A stretch of 64,000 nucleotides of DNA. Source: a virus. The stretch spans positions 1-64,000 of IMG/VR virus record IMGVR_UViG_3300048625_000156. One strand, written 5' to 3'. The translations under genes and the position numbers were made by a program. Below the pieces are notes generated by a model. It was not told where the DNA came from and made no database searches. It was given only the letters and a program-made list of their open reading frames with translations. Positions 23,510 to 36,331 of this stretch are shown here, piece by piece. The first letter of the stretch is position 1; the number at the start of each line of letters is the position of its first letter.

Positions 23510-23941
23510 CTACTTTATATAGTTTATTAATTTTAACATTGTTTCTGGATTATCTTTTAGTATTCCTAATGCCAAATTACATTCTCTACAAAGTAGCCCA
23601 CGAACACATTTGCCACAAGAGAAACTTCCACTGCAGCAAGAGTGGTCATGATCAATATTAGTTCCTTCATTTATCTGACAAGCATGACACTTTTCAGAGT
23701 GTTGAGAAACCAATTCTTCATATCTATATTGAGTTATATTATGACGTTTCCAGTTTGGCTTATAGTATGAATTCATTCTTACTTTTTCAGCTTTTTTATC
23801 TGGATTTATATTGTAATAATTAATCACATAGTCTGTATGGCATCTTTTACAAGTACCTCTGCGACCATCTTTATAATTTTTACCTTTTGCGAATAGATCA
23901 ATATCTTTTTCGATACCGCACTTTACGCAAATCTTTGTCAT
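23510..23941 (-). CDS. Endonuclease VII-family (His-Me) putative homing endonuclease
   Basis: IDHDH...[15 protein letters not shown]; N-terminal CxxC...CKRC; AT-rich. Confidence 0.85.
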   Translation of the reverse strand: MTKICVKCGIEKDIDLFAKGKNYKDGRRGTCKRCHTDYVINYYNINPDKKAEKVRMNSYYKPNWKRHNITQYRYEELVSQHSEKCHACQINEGTNIDHDHSCCSGSFSCGKCVRGLLCRECNLALGILKDNPETMLKLINYIK

Positions 23942-23978
23942 ATTAACAGTATATCATAACTGTTAACGGTTTGTCAAG

Positions 23979-24179
23979 CTATACAAGCCATTTTACTACT
24001 GGGCAACATGGGTCTCCGCCATCTTCCCATTCTTTTTCTTCTTCTTCTGTCATGTATGGATCACCGTCGTGAGTGAAACAGAATCCTTCTGAGATCCACC
24101 CTTTTTCGATGCCAACATATAGCCACTCAATGGCTGCTGTTGATTCTTCGATTGAAAAATCTTTTGGTTCAATTGTCAT
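23979..24179 (-). CDS. Hypothetical protein
   Basis: C.THDG...EEE.EW..GGDPC motif; upstream TTGACA-N17-TATAAT. Confidence 0.7.
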   Translation of the reverse strand: MTIEPKDFSIEESTAAIEWLYVGIEKGWISEGFCFTHDGDPYMTEEEEKEWEDGGDPCCPVVKWLV

Positions 24180-24245
24180 ATAGAAAACCCTCTCTAGGTT
24201 GTATGTCTATTATACAGGAACTAGAGAGGGCTGTCAACTATATTT

Positions 24246-24482
24246 TTAGTTGTCTTCTGGTGTGTTTTCTACGAATGCTGCGTCAATTTCCTCTTCAGAA
24301 AGCTCCCCATCATTTAGGTAGCCACGAGCAAGGTCTTCGACAACATTAGCAATCCCCATAACACCTGCTAGAATAGCAGTCTGCAATGTGTCAATACCAA
24401 TGATAGCACCAGCACCGACAGTTGTCAATGCTGAAACAAGGAATAGTGCAAGCATACGCAATGCGATTTTCTTAACGTTCAT
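24246..24482 (-). CDS. Small membrane protein (holin-like)
   Basis: Two TM segments, acidic tail. Confidence 0.6.
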   Translation of the reverse strand: MNVKKIALRMLALFLVSALTTVGAGAIIGIDTLQTAILAGVMGIANVVEDLARGYLNDGELSEEEIDAAFVENTPEDN

Positions 24483-24685
24483 TATTTGTCCTCCTTATCT
24501 TTTCTTAGATTAATTGTGAGCAACCATATTACTGTTGACCACACGATTGCAATTCCTACGATATCTCTTGCGGATCCTGTGAGGGTTAGCCAAGCGATGA
24601 AGAAACCAAGTAGGGTGAATACCTGGTTTATGCTTTCTTTAAAGACATCCCTGATCCATTTAAGTACTGATTTAATTATTCTCAT
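24482..24685 (-). CDS. Small membrane protein
   Basis: Two TM segments. Confidence 0.65.
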   Translation of the reverse strand: MRIIKSVLKWIRDVFKESINQVFTLLGFFIAWLTLTGSARDIVGIAIVWSTVIWLLTINLRKDKEDK

Positions 24686-26496
24686 TTTATCCTCCCTACC
24701 ATCATGCTTGCAATTTGTGACACGATGATCACAGGCACGATGACTTCTTGTGCTTTCTCTCGCTGATCGTCAGACATGTCTAGACCTGCTTGAGAAACGT
24801 TCTCTAATACTTGTGCTACAGCCTTGCCTGGCTCTGTGAGTAACTCTCCTACGAATGCTGCAGTTTCTGCTAGCCCTTCCCCTACCGCACCAATTAGGGC
24901 TACTGGGTTTGTTAGGACCGCCAGCGTTTCTTCAGCCTGAATTTCTGTTACAGCATCTGCAACTGTATATGGCAATACGCCTGTATCATTTAATGCAGCT
25001 CGTTCTTCTAACTGCTCCTGTGCCTGTTCTACGGCTGTTGCTGGGGCTTCTGGGGTATCTGTTTTGTTTGGTTCTGGTAACGGTTCAACGATAGTTTCTG
25101 TTGGCTCTTCAATAGGTTCCTCGGTCTGCGTAGGCGTAGGTGGTAACTCTCGGAATGGTGGAATGGCTTCCAGTTCTGATTGAGCGACATTTAACTCCTG
25201 TTGTTTAGTTTGGACATCTACAGATGCTAGTTCAATTATACCTGCTTTTTCAATTTGAGAGTTTAAGGATTCATTGTAATCTGCCTGAGCCTGATCTCTA
25301 TTGCTGACTGCAGATGCTAAATTATTTTGTTTTCTATCTAGAGAATCTTGAGCAGAAGTAACTGCTGGAAGTAGTTCAGGATTGTGAATCATTGGTGCTG
25401 AGGCATTCTCATCTGGTACAAGAATGATACGCTCTTCTCTTCTGTATCTGATCTCATCTCTATAAAAGATCACCTCGTCATAAACTGTAATTTCGTCATA
25501 GACTATTTGCTCTGTATATACAATCACTTCTTCGTATGTTGTTTGTGTTGTTACTTGTTGGAAGGCTGATGCTGGAATGATTTCATAACCGTACCCTGGT
25601 TTTGCCCAGTATGCCCACACATTTGCACCACCACCATTCTCATAAAACCATAGCGTAAACTCGTGACTTCCTTCTGCTAAATATACCGATGTGCTTGATC
25701 CACCACCACCCTTGTCATACCAGTCATTGATAATTGTGTTGCCATCTATAATTATTCTCACACCGTCGTCTCCAGGGGCGTAGAAGCCATATGTTCCACT
25801 TTGGGGGATAGTAATGTACCCTGTGAATTTAACTATTGTGTCTTCAGATAGCCATGTATTGAGGATATAGCCACCACCCCATTGGTAGTTAATGTTTCCA
25901 ACTGTTTGTGTTGATACTAACCTATCTTCACCTGGGAGTGGTGGTGCGTTATTATACCCTGCCATGTTGTAAATTTTTGCTGTAAGTCCGCTAGATATTA
26001 CCTTGGTATTTGTGTGAGTAATTAGTTCTGTATGTGGGACTAGAATGGTTCTTGGTACTAACTCTGTTCTTGCAACTAATTCGGTGTATGGGACCTGAAC
26101 TGTGTATGGTACATCGTATTGCTCTACCTGTTCTTTATTAGGTCTCACCCATTCTGGATCTGATATTAGGGCTGTGTTGTACTCTGTTTGTGCTGAGGCA
26201 AGGAGAGCCTGAGCTTCTAGTACTGCCTGTTCTTTATTTTGAACATCAGCGATAAGATTGTCTAGGGTTGTTTTGTTAGAGATTACTCGTGCATCTGCTA
26301 CGCTCTTTGCTTCAACGGCTGCGTCATATACCCCCTGAGAAGTCACCAGAGCGTCCTGGGCAGCATTAACTACAGCCTGAGCCTGAGCCACAAGGGCATC
26401 GTGCTCTGCTCTAGTTTCGGCTTGTGCTGACGATGCGAAGGCAAGTGGGGCTAGTGCTAGGAATACAACTATAAATGCGTATAATGATTTCTTTAT
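24682..26496 (-). CDS. Secreted/membrane-anchored coiled-coil protein with PA14 domain (probable AUA start)
   Basis: PA14 motifs (INYQWG, DDGVR, WFYENGGGA); Sec signal peptide KKSLYAFIVVFLALAPLAFASSAQA from ATA 26496; C-terminal hydrophobic anchor. Confidence 0.8.
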   Translation of the reverse strand: MKKSLYAFIVVFLALAPLAFASSAQAETRAEHDALVAQAQAVVNAAQDALVTSQGVYDAAVEAKSVADARVISNKTTLDNLIADVQNKEQAVLEAQALLASAQTEYNTALISDPEWVRPNKEQVEQYDVPYTVQVPYTELVARTELVPRTILVPHTELITHTNTKVISSGLTAKIYNMAGYNNAPPLPGEDRLVSTQTVGNINYQWGGGYILNTWLSEDTIVKFTGYITIPQSGTYGFYAPGDDGVRIIIDGNTIINDWYDKGGGGSSTSVYLAEGSHEFTLWFYENGGGANVWAYWAKPGYGYEIIPASAFQQVTTQTTYEEVIVYTEQIVYDEITVYDEVIFYRDEIRYRREERIILVPDENASAPMIHNPELLPAVTSAQDSLDRKQNNLASAVSNRDQAQADYNESLNSQIEKAGIIELASVDVQTKQQELNVAQSELEAIPPFRELPPTPTQTEEPIEEPTETIVEPLPEPNKTDTPEAPATAVEQAQEQLEERAALNDTGVLPYTVADAVTEIQAEETLAVLTNPVALIGAVGEGLAETAAFVGELLTEPGKAVAQVLENVSQAGLDMSDDQREKAQEVIVPVIIVSQIASMMVGRIK

Positions 26497-26553
26497 TTCC
26501 CTGTCTCCTCTGTTAGTGAATCACTAACAAAACTAGTATATCACGATTTGGGT

Positions 26554-26580
26554 AAAAGAAAAGGGCTACCGAAGTAGCCC
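26554..26580 (-). terminator. Intrinsic terminator after nrdF
   Basis: GGGCTAC-TTCG-GTAGCCC followed by TTTTCTTTT. Confidence 0.85.
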
Positions 26581-26595
26581 AATCCCTTGTGTTTA

Positions 26596-29664
<3,069 letters not shown>

Positions 29665-29681
<17 letters not shown>

Positions 29682-30081
29682 TTAACATCTCCAGCCTTTC
29701 TTTTACTTTGTCTACGTCGTCCTGTGTACCGAAAATTTCAACTTTCGCTAAAATTGGTACACCTATCTTTCTTGAAATCATTTCTGCAGCTTTACAGTAA
29801 TGTTCCCCGAAGTTTGTGTTTCCCATTCCCACTACTCCCTTGAGGAGCTGTCTGTTCTCTGGTACATTGAGGAATGCTTTGACCTGCCTTGGGATTGCTG
29901 ATCCCTCTCTACCGCCTCCGTAAGTCGGAACAACAAGTACAAAAGGCTTGTCAATGACAAGAATGTTAGTGGTATCACTAGCAAGCTCAATTGGTATCCT
30001 CCAGGCGTTAGTTGTTAGCTTCTCTACGAAGCGTTTGGTGTTTCCAGAATAGTTAGAAAAGTACACAATTTCTAGTGACAA
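29665..30081 (-). CDS. nrdI: Flavodoxin-like NrdI
   Basis: [23 protein letters not shown]. Confidence 0.93.
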
Positions 30082-30145
30082 TTGTGCTCCTATCTCAATT
30101 TGGGTTAGATATCTATTCTACCACAGTGTTTGAAAAAACACAATG

Positions 30146-31927
30146 CTAGATGATGTTAATGTCGAATTGACGCAGGTAATCTTTTATCTCTTCACGAGGT
30201 GCGTGAATTACGTTACGTTTGTCTTCCTCAAGAAACTTGTTCTCTGGCTTGCGGTCACGGAACTCGTGGATTTCTACCATCTGGTTTAGATTACGAGGTG
30301 TGTGGGAGATAGCACCAAAGATAGCACCACAGACAGCATCTGCAAGGTCCTTAGAAGACTTGCGAGGGTGGTCCACACGGTTGTTCTTTACGATCTTTAG
30401 CTCTGTAAGCTCTTCGAACAAAAGTTCGATTGATGGCATAACTAGACGCTCTTCGTAAACAAGCATAGCCATATCTTCGTAGTGCTTCTTAGCAACAGAA
30501 ACAGTATCAGTCCTAATACCAACAGCCTTCAGTTCGTTCTGGATGTCAAAGGAGTTCCAACGGTCAAAGCTAACCATCCCAATGTCGAACCCTTGTCTGC
30601 GTAGGTTCTGAATCCATTGCTTAACCTCTGAAAGGTTTACAGGACCCTCTCTGCGAGGCTCCCACCAAACTACAGCATCTACTACTACCACTGGAACTAC
30701 TTGTTCGTAGTCTTTCATTACCTGGACAGATACCCACTTTTCAACGTGAGCAATTGCGACGGCACACTTGTCGTGTCGCTGAGCAAGGTCAGCATGGACG
30801 TAGTACTTCTTATCTGGGTCAGGAACGAAGGTTTCATCAAAACGCTTTGCGGTGTCAATAGGGTTGCGGATAGTCATACATGCACGAACCTTGTCTTGCT
30901 GTTTGAAGAACGCATCTGAGGCATATGTTGGGATACAGGCAAAACGTTGCATGGCATCTCCTAGGTCCGTGAAGAATGAGATCTTGAAGTCCTCAATGCT
31001 TCTTGTAGGATTGATTACCCAAGTTGGACGCTTGAGTGCAAATACTCCTGGATACTTGTATGACAGAATTGTATCTTCATCCCACTCAATCTCCAAGGTG
31101 TTACCCTCAGCAGTTTCTGGTAGGTCCTCATTCATAATAAACTTGTGAGTCTTTGTGATTATTTCCTTGTCTGCAATCACAGCGTCGTATCTCTGGGAGA
31201 TGAAGTCTCCTGGGTAACGAGGGAAGGATAGCAGGGCTACCTTGCCCAGGTCAGGGAAGCGAGAGTCTACAGAGGCACGGAAGGCTTTATAGATGTTGTC
31301 TGCTGTCTTTCCTTGGTCATTTCCAGTTCCAATCTCCTGTGCGAAACCAGAGATCTCGTCAAGTACTGCTAGGATAAGGTTAAGACCCTCATGAGACTCA
31401 CGCTCAGAGTGACCAGAATAAACAGTAACAGACTTATCAAACTCAATGCTTTCTGCCTTGGCGTAGAACTTTCCAGCAAACCATGGTGAGCGTTCAATCT
31501 TAGACTTGAAGCCTTTGAAGAAAACGTTCTTAGCCTGTTGTGCGTTAATAGCTACGTTAATAATATCGATAGCGTCACCGCCTGGCTTACCGAAGTAGCG
31601 AGCTGGATCTTTTAGGCAAAGAAGTTTGTAAACAATATATGCACAAGCAACAGTAGAAGTAAAGTCCTTACCACTACCCTTACCAAGCTGTAGAATAACT
31701 TCGTTCTTCGTATATTTTTTATAATAGCGTCTTCCCTCTTCCTCACCCATAATGTCAATGACATCTTCAAGCTTGTAGATTTGGCTCATAGCTTCTACAA
31801 TATCGTACTGGTGCTCTGATAGCGGTGGCTGACCCAGGTAGTCTTCACCCTCTACAAATGTTTTAGCATTTACAGGCATCTCGTCAAAGTTTGTGCTTTT
31901 GAGAACCTCAAAGAAATCATTGAACAT
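30146..31927 (-). CDS. terL: Terminase large subunit
   Basis: LGKGSGKD Walker A, VLDE Walker B, HADL nuclease Asp, DHP...KDLADA. Confidence 0.85.
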   Translation of the reverse strand: MFNDFFEVLKSTNFDEMPVNAKTFVEGEDYLGQPPLSEHQYDIVEAMSQIYKLEDVIDIMGEEEGRRYYKKYTKNEVILQLGKGSGKDFTSTVACAYIVYKLLCLKDPARYFGKPGGDAIDIINVAINAQQAKNVFFKGFKSKIERSPWFAGKFYAKAESIEFDKSVTVYSGHSERESHEGLNLILAVLDEISGFAQEIGTGNDQGKTADNIYKAFRASVDSRFPDLGKVALLSFPRYPGDFISQRYDAVIADKEIITKTHKFIMNEDLPETAEGNTLEIEWDEDTILSYKYPGVFALKRPTWVINPTRSIEDFKISFFTDLGDAMQRFACIPTYASDAFFKQQDKVRACMTIRNPIDTAKRFDETFVPDPDKKYYVHADLAQRHDKCAVAIAHVEKWVSVQVMKDYEQVVPVVVVDAVVWWEPRREGPVNLSEVKQWIQNLRRQGFDIGMVSFDRWNSFDIQNELKAVGIRTDTVSVAKKHYEDMAMLVYEERLVMPSIELLFEELTELKIVKNNRVDHPRKSSKDLADAVCGAIFGAISHTPRNLNQMVEIHEFRDRKPENKFLEEDKRNVIHAPREEIKDYLRQFDINII

Positions 31928-32450
31928 TGACAATTGTGATTGTCTCCTGGTTCTTGGCAATGTCAGAGAGTCGTCTCATAATCTTGTCACGGATCTCTGG
32001 GTGCTCGGATGCGATGTCTTGCAGGATTCCCTTGAGGATGTCCTGCTTGCGTTCAATCTCTACCATCTCTTCTGCTAGCTCTTTGTTCTCAAGTAGACCA
32101 GCCTTCTGCAGCATGTCAATACGCTTTGACTCAATGTCCAGGACCAGCTTGATACCAGCAGTCTTTGCACTTAGATTGGCAGTAGTGGTAGCGTCATCGA
32201 TAACCTCATATGCTTTATTAATTAGTTTGTTATAGTGGGTGTCTGCAACCACAAGTGCCTCTTTAGCACGAGCACGGATTGCAGCATTGTCTGCAGCCAT
32301 GAGCTTCCACTGATTGATGTGAGCAACAACCTTGGTGCGTGGAAGAGCAAGCTCTTTTGAAATCTGAGTAGGCTCTGCCCCTTGTAGATACTTCTCTACA
32401 ACCTTGTTAATTTCATCAAGGTGTTCTACTGTTAAATCTTCTAGTGACAT
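31917..32450 (-). CDS. HTH protein, candidate terminase small subunit
   Basis: N-terminal HTH, coiled coil; immediately upstream of terL. Confidence 0.5.
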   Translation of the reverse strand: MSLEDLTVEHLDEINKVVEKYLQGAEPTQISKELALPRTKVVAHINQWKLMAADNAAIRARAKEALVVADTHYNKLINKAYEVIDDATTTANLSAKTAGIKLVLDIESKRIDMLQKAGLLENKELAEEMVEIERKQDILKGILQDIASEHPEIRDKIMRRLSDIAKNQETITIVNVQ

Positions 32451-32749
32451 TATGCCTTCTTTGCTTTCTTAACTCTACGCTTAGGTATACGCTTAATGCG
32501 GTCAAGTGAGAAGGATCTGAATGCCCCCACTTGTCCACGGTGAACTTCGTGGCAATCAACCCAGGTAGCCCCAGTCTTTGTGTTAGTTGTAATGCTGACA
32601 AACTTGAAACGCATTCCATACTCACCCACGACCTTGATAAGGTCTCCAGTTTCAATTGTAAAGTTTCCAGACTCCATCTCGTATACACGAGAGAAGATGA
32701 CAGGTGGAGGAGTGAGTGTGCTTGCAATAGTAGTTTTACGTCGTGCCAT
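32450..32749 (-). CDS. Hypothetical protein
   Basis: ORF track, TAATG coupling. Confidence 0.7.
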   Translation of the reverse strand: MARRKTTIASTLTPPPVIFSRVYEMESGNFTIETGDLIKVVGEYGMRFKFVSITTNTKTGATWVDCHEVHRGQVGAFRSFSLDRIKRIPKRRVKKAKKA

Positions 32750-32901
32750 TATCTTTTAGACTTCCTTAATCCGAACTTAGCTAAATAGACGTAGATAGTT
32801 TCTACGCTAGTACCGCACTCCTGTGCAATCTGCTCAGGGGTTTTCTTATCCATATGGTATCTCTTTTTTAACCATACCTCACTAGTATACAGCTTAGCCA
32901 T
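32749..32901 (-). CDS. Small HTH protein (not in ORF track)
   Basis: MAKLYTSEVWLKKRY...TPEQIAQECGTSVETIYVYL. Confidence 0.75.
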   Translation of the reverse strand: MAKLYTSEVWLKKRYHMDKKTPEQIAQECGTSVETIYVYLAKFGLRKSKR

Positions 32902-33464
32902 TACTTTGTCAACCTTTCCCAGTTATTAATTGCGTAGTGTCCAATACCAATAGCATCTGCTACGTCGTTATCTTTAACAATCCTATCATACTGCACCTCA
33001 ATGAAGTGGATAGTTTTTTGTTTGCGTTGTTCTCTTAGCTGAGTCTTAATCCAAGAGTCAGACTTACCTGGGTTCTCTAGTTTCATCTTGGTGATCTCTT
33101 CCTTGCTTGGCTTCTTATTGCCAATGAAGTTCTGCCAGGTAATTGGTGCTACTGATCTAATTACAGGCACTCCTAATGCCCCTAACAATGCCCCCTGAAC
33201 TAGTGCAAGGTCTGCAGCAGTCTTAGGGCTATTCATAAACACCGTATGCTCAATCACAATGGCTTCGATGTCAATGTGCTTAGAGAATCCACGAATCTTT
33301 TTAGCAGCGTCTACGACCTTGCTGTAGGCTGTAAGTCCAGTGAAGTTAATCTTTCCATATGACTCAAGCTTTCCATCTACAAAAATTGAGAAAGCAAGGC
33401 TATTAGTGCTAGCATCGATTGCCATGATAGATTTTGGGATGCTTACGAGATTACTCAGTTTCAT
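32901..33464 (-). CDS. ruvC: RuvC-like Holliday junction resolvase
   Basis: MAIDAS, IVIE, DVADAIGIG. Confidence 0.8.
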   Translation of the reverse strand: MKLSNLVSIPKSIMAIDASTNSLAFSIFVDGKLESYGKINFTGLTAYSKVVDAAKKIRGFSKHIDIEAIVIEHTVFMNSPKTAADLALVQGALLGALGVPVIRSVAPITWQNFIGNKKPSKEEITKMKLENPGKSDSWIKTQLREQRKQKTIHFIEVQYDRIVKDNDVADAIGIGHYAINNWERLTK

Positions 33465-33744
33465 TCCTCATAATCCTTTTAATGTCTTTAAGTGCTTTGG
33501 CAACGTCAATAGGGTTGACATTGCATATAGAACAAATTTCATTATCATTGTAAATGGAAAGATGACTGCCACAAGATTTACAAGCTCTACCTTTAATCCT
33601 GCGTTTTTGTATACGCTTAAGGATATAGTTTTGTGCTATCTTCTCTTTAGTGGCAGCCTCTCTACATTCAGCTGAACAATAAATTTGATAATTTATTTTG
33701 GTTTGGAATTGGTGGTCACACCATTCACATCGTTTGTGGTTCAT
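33451..33744 (-). CDS. Zn-finger protein
   Basis: CEWC...YCSAEC...CKSC...CSIC. Confidence 0.7.
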   Translation of the reverse strand: MNHKRCEWCDHQFQTKINYQIYCSAECREAATKEKIAQNYILKRIQKRRIKGRACKSCGSHLSIYNDNEICSICNVNPIDVAKALKDIKRIMRNETE

Positions 33745-34534
33745 CTAAAGGCTCCAGTGATTTAATTTTGATCACTCCAGAACCAGCGTTGTCACAAGCC
33801 TCACGGATTGGACACGTCTTACAAATCTTTGAGTTAGACCGATAATTCTTCTCAGGCAGTGTCTTGTCTGACCATGCCTTTCGAACAGTTCTCATCCACT
33901 CAAATGTGTTCTCTACCCACTCAAACATGTACTGATTTAATTCTACAGGAAAAATCAACAGTTCGTGATTGTTCTTGTTCTCATAAATCAGAACAGCTCT
34001 ATTCTTATTAAGGATCTTCATGTAGATAAGCAACTGGACCATGTGACCCAGCTTTGGCTTACCTGCCATTTTACGATATTCAAATCCCTCATTAGGCATT
34101 GTCTTGATCTCACCAAGCAATTCCTTTTCATCCCAGTTGAGCATTACGTCACCATATCCAAAGATAGGTGGATCATTATAAGTAACTTTAAATTCAGAAT
34201 CAACTAGAAAGCCTGGAACGTTTCCCATAGCTGCCTGGATACGTTCGTGTGACTTTGTACCAGCAGTCATGTTTGCACCGCCATAGGCATCAGCGTTGTC
34301 TGTGAAGTTTGCACCTTCGAAAGCCAAGTACCAGTAGCGAGGACATTCTCCATGTGAGAACGCAATCGTGCTTGGTGCAAAGGTCTTCTTAGTCTGAAAC
34401 TTATCTACACGATTGATTGTATAACCAGAGTTAATCTTTTCAATCAGTGCATCTTTGTCAAGGAATGATGGACGAGAATTTGGACTCGTCTCAATCTTCT
34501 TGAGCATTACTTGTTGCAATAGGTTCTTAGCCAT
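33725..34534 (-). CDS. Cas4-like PD-(D/E)xK exonuclease
   Basis: ECPRY, H.RIQ, GD...EIKT, QL..Y, C..C.....C. Confidence 0.85.
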   Translation of the reverse strand: MAKNLLQQVMLKKIETSPNSRPSFLDKDALIEKINSGYTINRVDKFQTKKTFAPSTIAFSHGECPRYWYLAFEGANFTDNADAYGGANMTAGTKSHERIQAAMGNVPGFLVDSEFKVTYNDPPIFGYGDVMLNWDEKELLGEIKTMPNEGFEYRKMAGKPKLGHMVQLLIYMKILNKNRAVLIYENKNNHELLIFPVELNQYMFEWVENTFEWMRTVRKAWSDKTLPEKNYRSNSKICKTCPIREACDNAGSGVIKIKSLEPLDEPQTM

Positions 34535-34541
34535 AATAACA

Positions 34542-34847
34542 CTAGCGAGTGATATACTTCAGAGCTGATACGAGGTTATTGATAGCCTCTGCAGCAGTGT
34601 AGTATATATTCTTCTTCGCTCTGTCTCCTTTATCTACGTTGGTAAGCCAGGTGGCTTTAAAGGACATCTTCGCAGCAATTGCTTGCAGACGAACGATCTC
34701 CACGGTTGCAACATTTAGAGGTACGTCAGGCTTGATGATAAGCTTGGCAATAAAAGTAAGAGCAGTAGTCAGCTCTTCGTCATTCATGTAGTCAGCAATC
34801 TCTGAGAGACCATTGACCATTTCAATTGTTGTTTGTTGCTGTTCCAT
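34542..34847 (-). CDS. Hypothetical protein (recombination module)
   Basis: AAGGA SD; ORF track. Confidence 0.7.
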   Translation of the reverse strand: MEQQQTTIEMVNGLSEIADYMNDEELTTALTFIAKLIIKPDVPLNVATVEIVRLQAIAAKMSFKATWLTNVDKGDRAKKNIYYTAAEAINNLVSALKYITR

Positions 34848-34880
34848 TTGTATCCTTAATTGTTGTACTTCTATTATACA

Positions 34881-35168
34881 CTATTCAACGCCGTTAATCA
34901 ATTGTTCTAGTACCGACATCTCAATGACTGCTAATCTTGTTTTAATTCCACTTTCACCAATAACCACCACGATTGCAGGATCATTGTTATTACGAATAGC
35001 ATCAGTTGTAGCTTTAGCCCAAACCTCTTTATTAAGGGTAAAGGACTTTCCAACTTCTTTAAAATCAACAGTGAAGTTTTCCCAAGTTGCGTCACCCTTA
35101 TGGGTTCCTCTACCAGAGTTCTTGTGTTGCTTGGCTCCAATTCGTCTACTCTCGCTCTTCTCGCTCAT
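34881..35168 (-). CDS. Hjc-like PD-(D/E)xK resolvase
   Basis: NSG...KGD...VDFKE. Confidence 0.7.
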   Translation of the reverse strand: MSEKSESRRIGAKQHKNSGRGTHKGDATWENFTVDFKEVGKSFTLNKEVWAKATTDAIRNNNDPAIVVVIGESGIKTRLAVIEMSVLEQLINGVE

Positions 35169-35331
35169 AAGACTCCTTCTTCTTCTTAGTATTTAAATCG
35201 ACAACGCTAACGTGACGATCTGGGCACATCCATGTAAGTCTCTTCTCGCCAGGGTAAGAACGGATGGTTTTGACATCCGCCTTACACTCGTGGCAAGTAA
35301 AGTCCCCATGATAAATATTATACTTCGCCAT
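35146..35331 (-). CDS. Small Zn-ribbon protein
   Basis: CHEC...WMC...H. Confidence 0.65.
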   Translation of the reverse strand: MAKYNIYHGDFTCHECKADVKTIRSYPGEKRLTWMCPDRHVSVVDLNTKKKKESYEREERE

Positions 35332-36331
35332 TTACCTTAGCCTCAATAGCTTCCTGAAGATCTAGGTCTTCTCTTACACGATTGACAAATGCATCTCTAC
35401 CCTGGACCTTAGAACCATCAGGAAGGATGTACCAGGCTCCTGTACGCTCTACAATGCCCATCATCTCTGCAGTGTCAACCAAGTCTCCAATGCTGTCAAT
35501 GCCCACCATAGGACCTCTGAAGTAGAAGTCATACTCTCCACTCTGGAAGCCAGGAGAGGTCTTTGAGAACTGAACTTCCCAACGAACCTTACGTCCTACT
35601 TTCTCTTCAATGAGCTTATCGCCCACCGCAATCTTGCCTTTGATAGCCTGATTGTCTGACTCAGATGAGAAAAGTTTAATAACAGTTGAGCTATAGAACT
35701 TAGTCGCTTGACCACCCGAAGGCTGCTGACTTGTATACATAGCACTAATATTATTACGAGATTGACTAATGAGTACAAGCATCGTAGGCTTGACTTTATT
35801 ATTGGCATAGTTGAGCATCTTCCATGCGTTACTAAAGTCTCTAGACTCTGCTCCAATCTGCTTGGTGTTTTCAAGTTCTTTGAGTTCATCTGTACCCTTT
35901 TCAAAATAGATTGCTGGCAGTAGTGATGTGATTGAGTCAATGGCGATCAGGTCTACCCCTGCATTCATTAGGGCTGTACCAACGTCTACCATCTCGTTGA
36001 TTGTACGAGCCTGAGATACGATTAGCTGGTCTGTATTTACTCCAAGAGCCTTAGCCCAGTCTTCAGAATAAGACATCTCAGCATCGATCCATGCACATAG
36101 CTTCCCCTCTTCCTGGGCTTTAGCGACCATCTGAAGGCATAGAGATGACTTAGCTGATGACTTACTGCCCCAGATTAGGATTTGGCGACCATAAGGAAGA
36201 CCACCCAGCAATGCACGGTTCATGCCATGACTAGGAGTCTTCTGGAATGTGGTTGTGAATCCCACTCCGTTAGATAGACGCTTACGAATTTTTGGATCTA
36301 GCAAAGCTAGAGCTTCTTCCATAGTTGTCAT
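35318..36331 (-). CDS. recA: RecA-family recombinase
   Basis: GGLPYGR, WIDAE, IDS, SQ.R, GG.A.KFYSS; variant Walker A GSKSSAKS. Confidence 0.9.
   Translation of the reverse strand: MTTMEEALALLDPKIRKRLSNGVGFTTTFQKTPSHGMNRALLGGLPYGRQILIWGSKSSAKSSLCLQMVAKAQEEGKLCAWIDAEMSYSEDWAKALGVNTDQLIVSQARTINEMVDVGTALMNAGVDLIAIDSITSLLPAIYFEKGTDELKELENTKQIGAESRDFSNAWKMLNYANNKVKPTMLVLISQSRNNISAMYTSQQPSGGQATKFYSSTVIKLFSSESDNQAIKGKIAVGDKLIEEKVGRKVRWEVQFSKTSPGFQSGEYDFYFRGPMVGIDSIGDLVDTAEMMGIVERTGAWYILPDGSKVQGRDAFVNRVREDLDLQEAIEAKVNGEV

Noticed and set aside
33725-34534. Cas4-like gene as sign of a CRISPR system
   Set aside because: No repeat-spacer array or other cas genes seen; a solo Cas4-like exonuclease is normal in phage recombination modules
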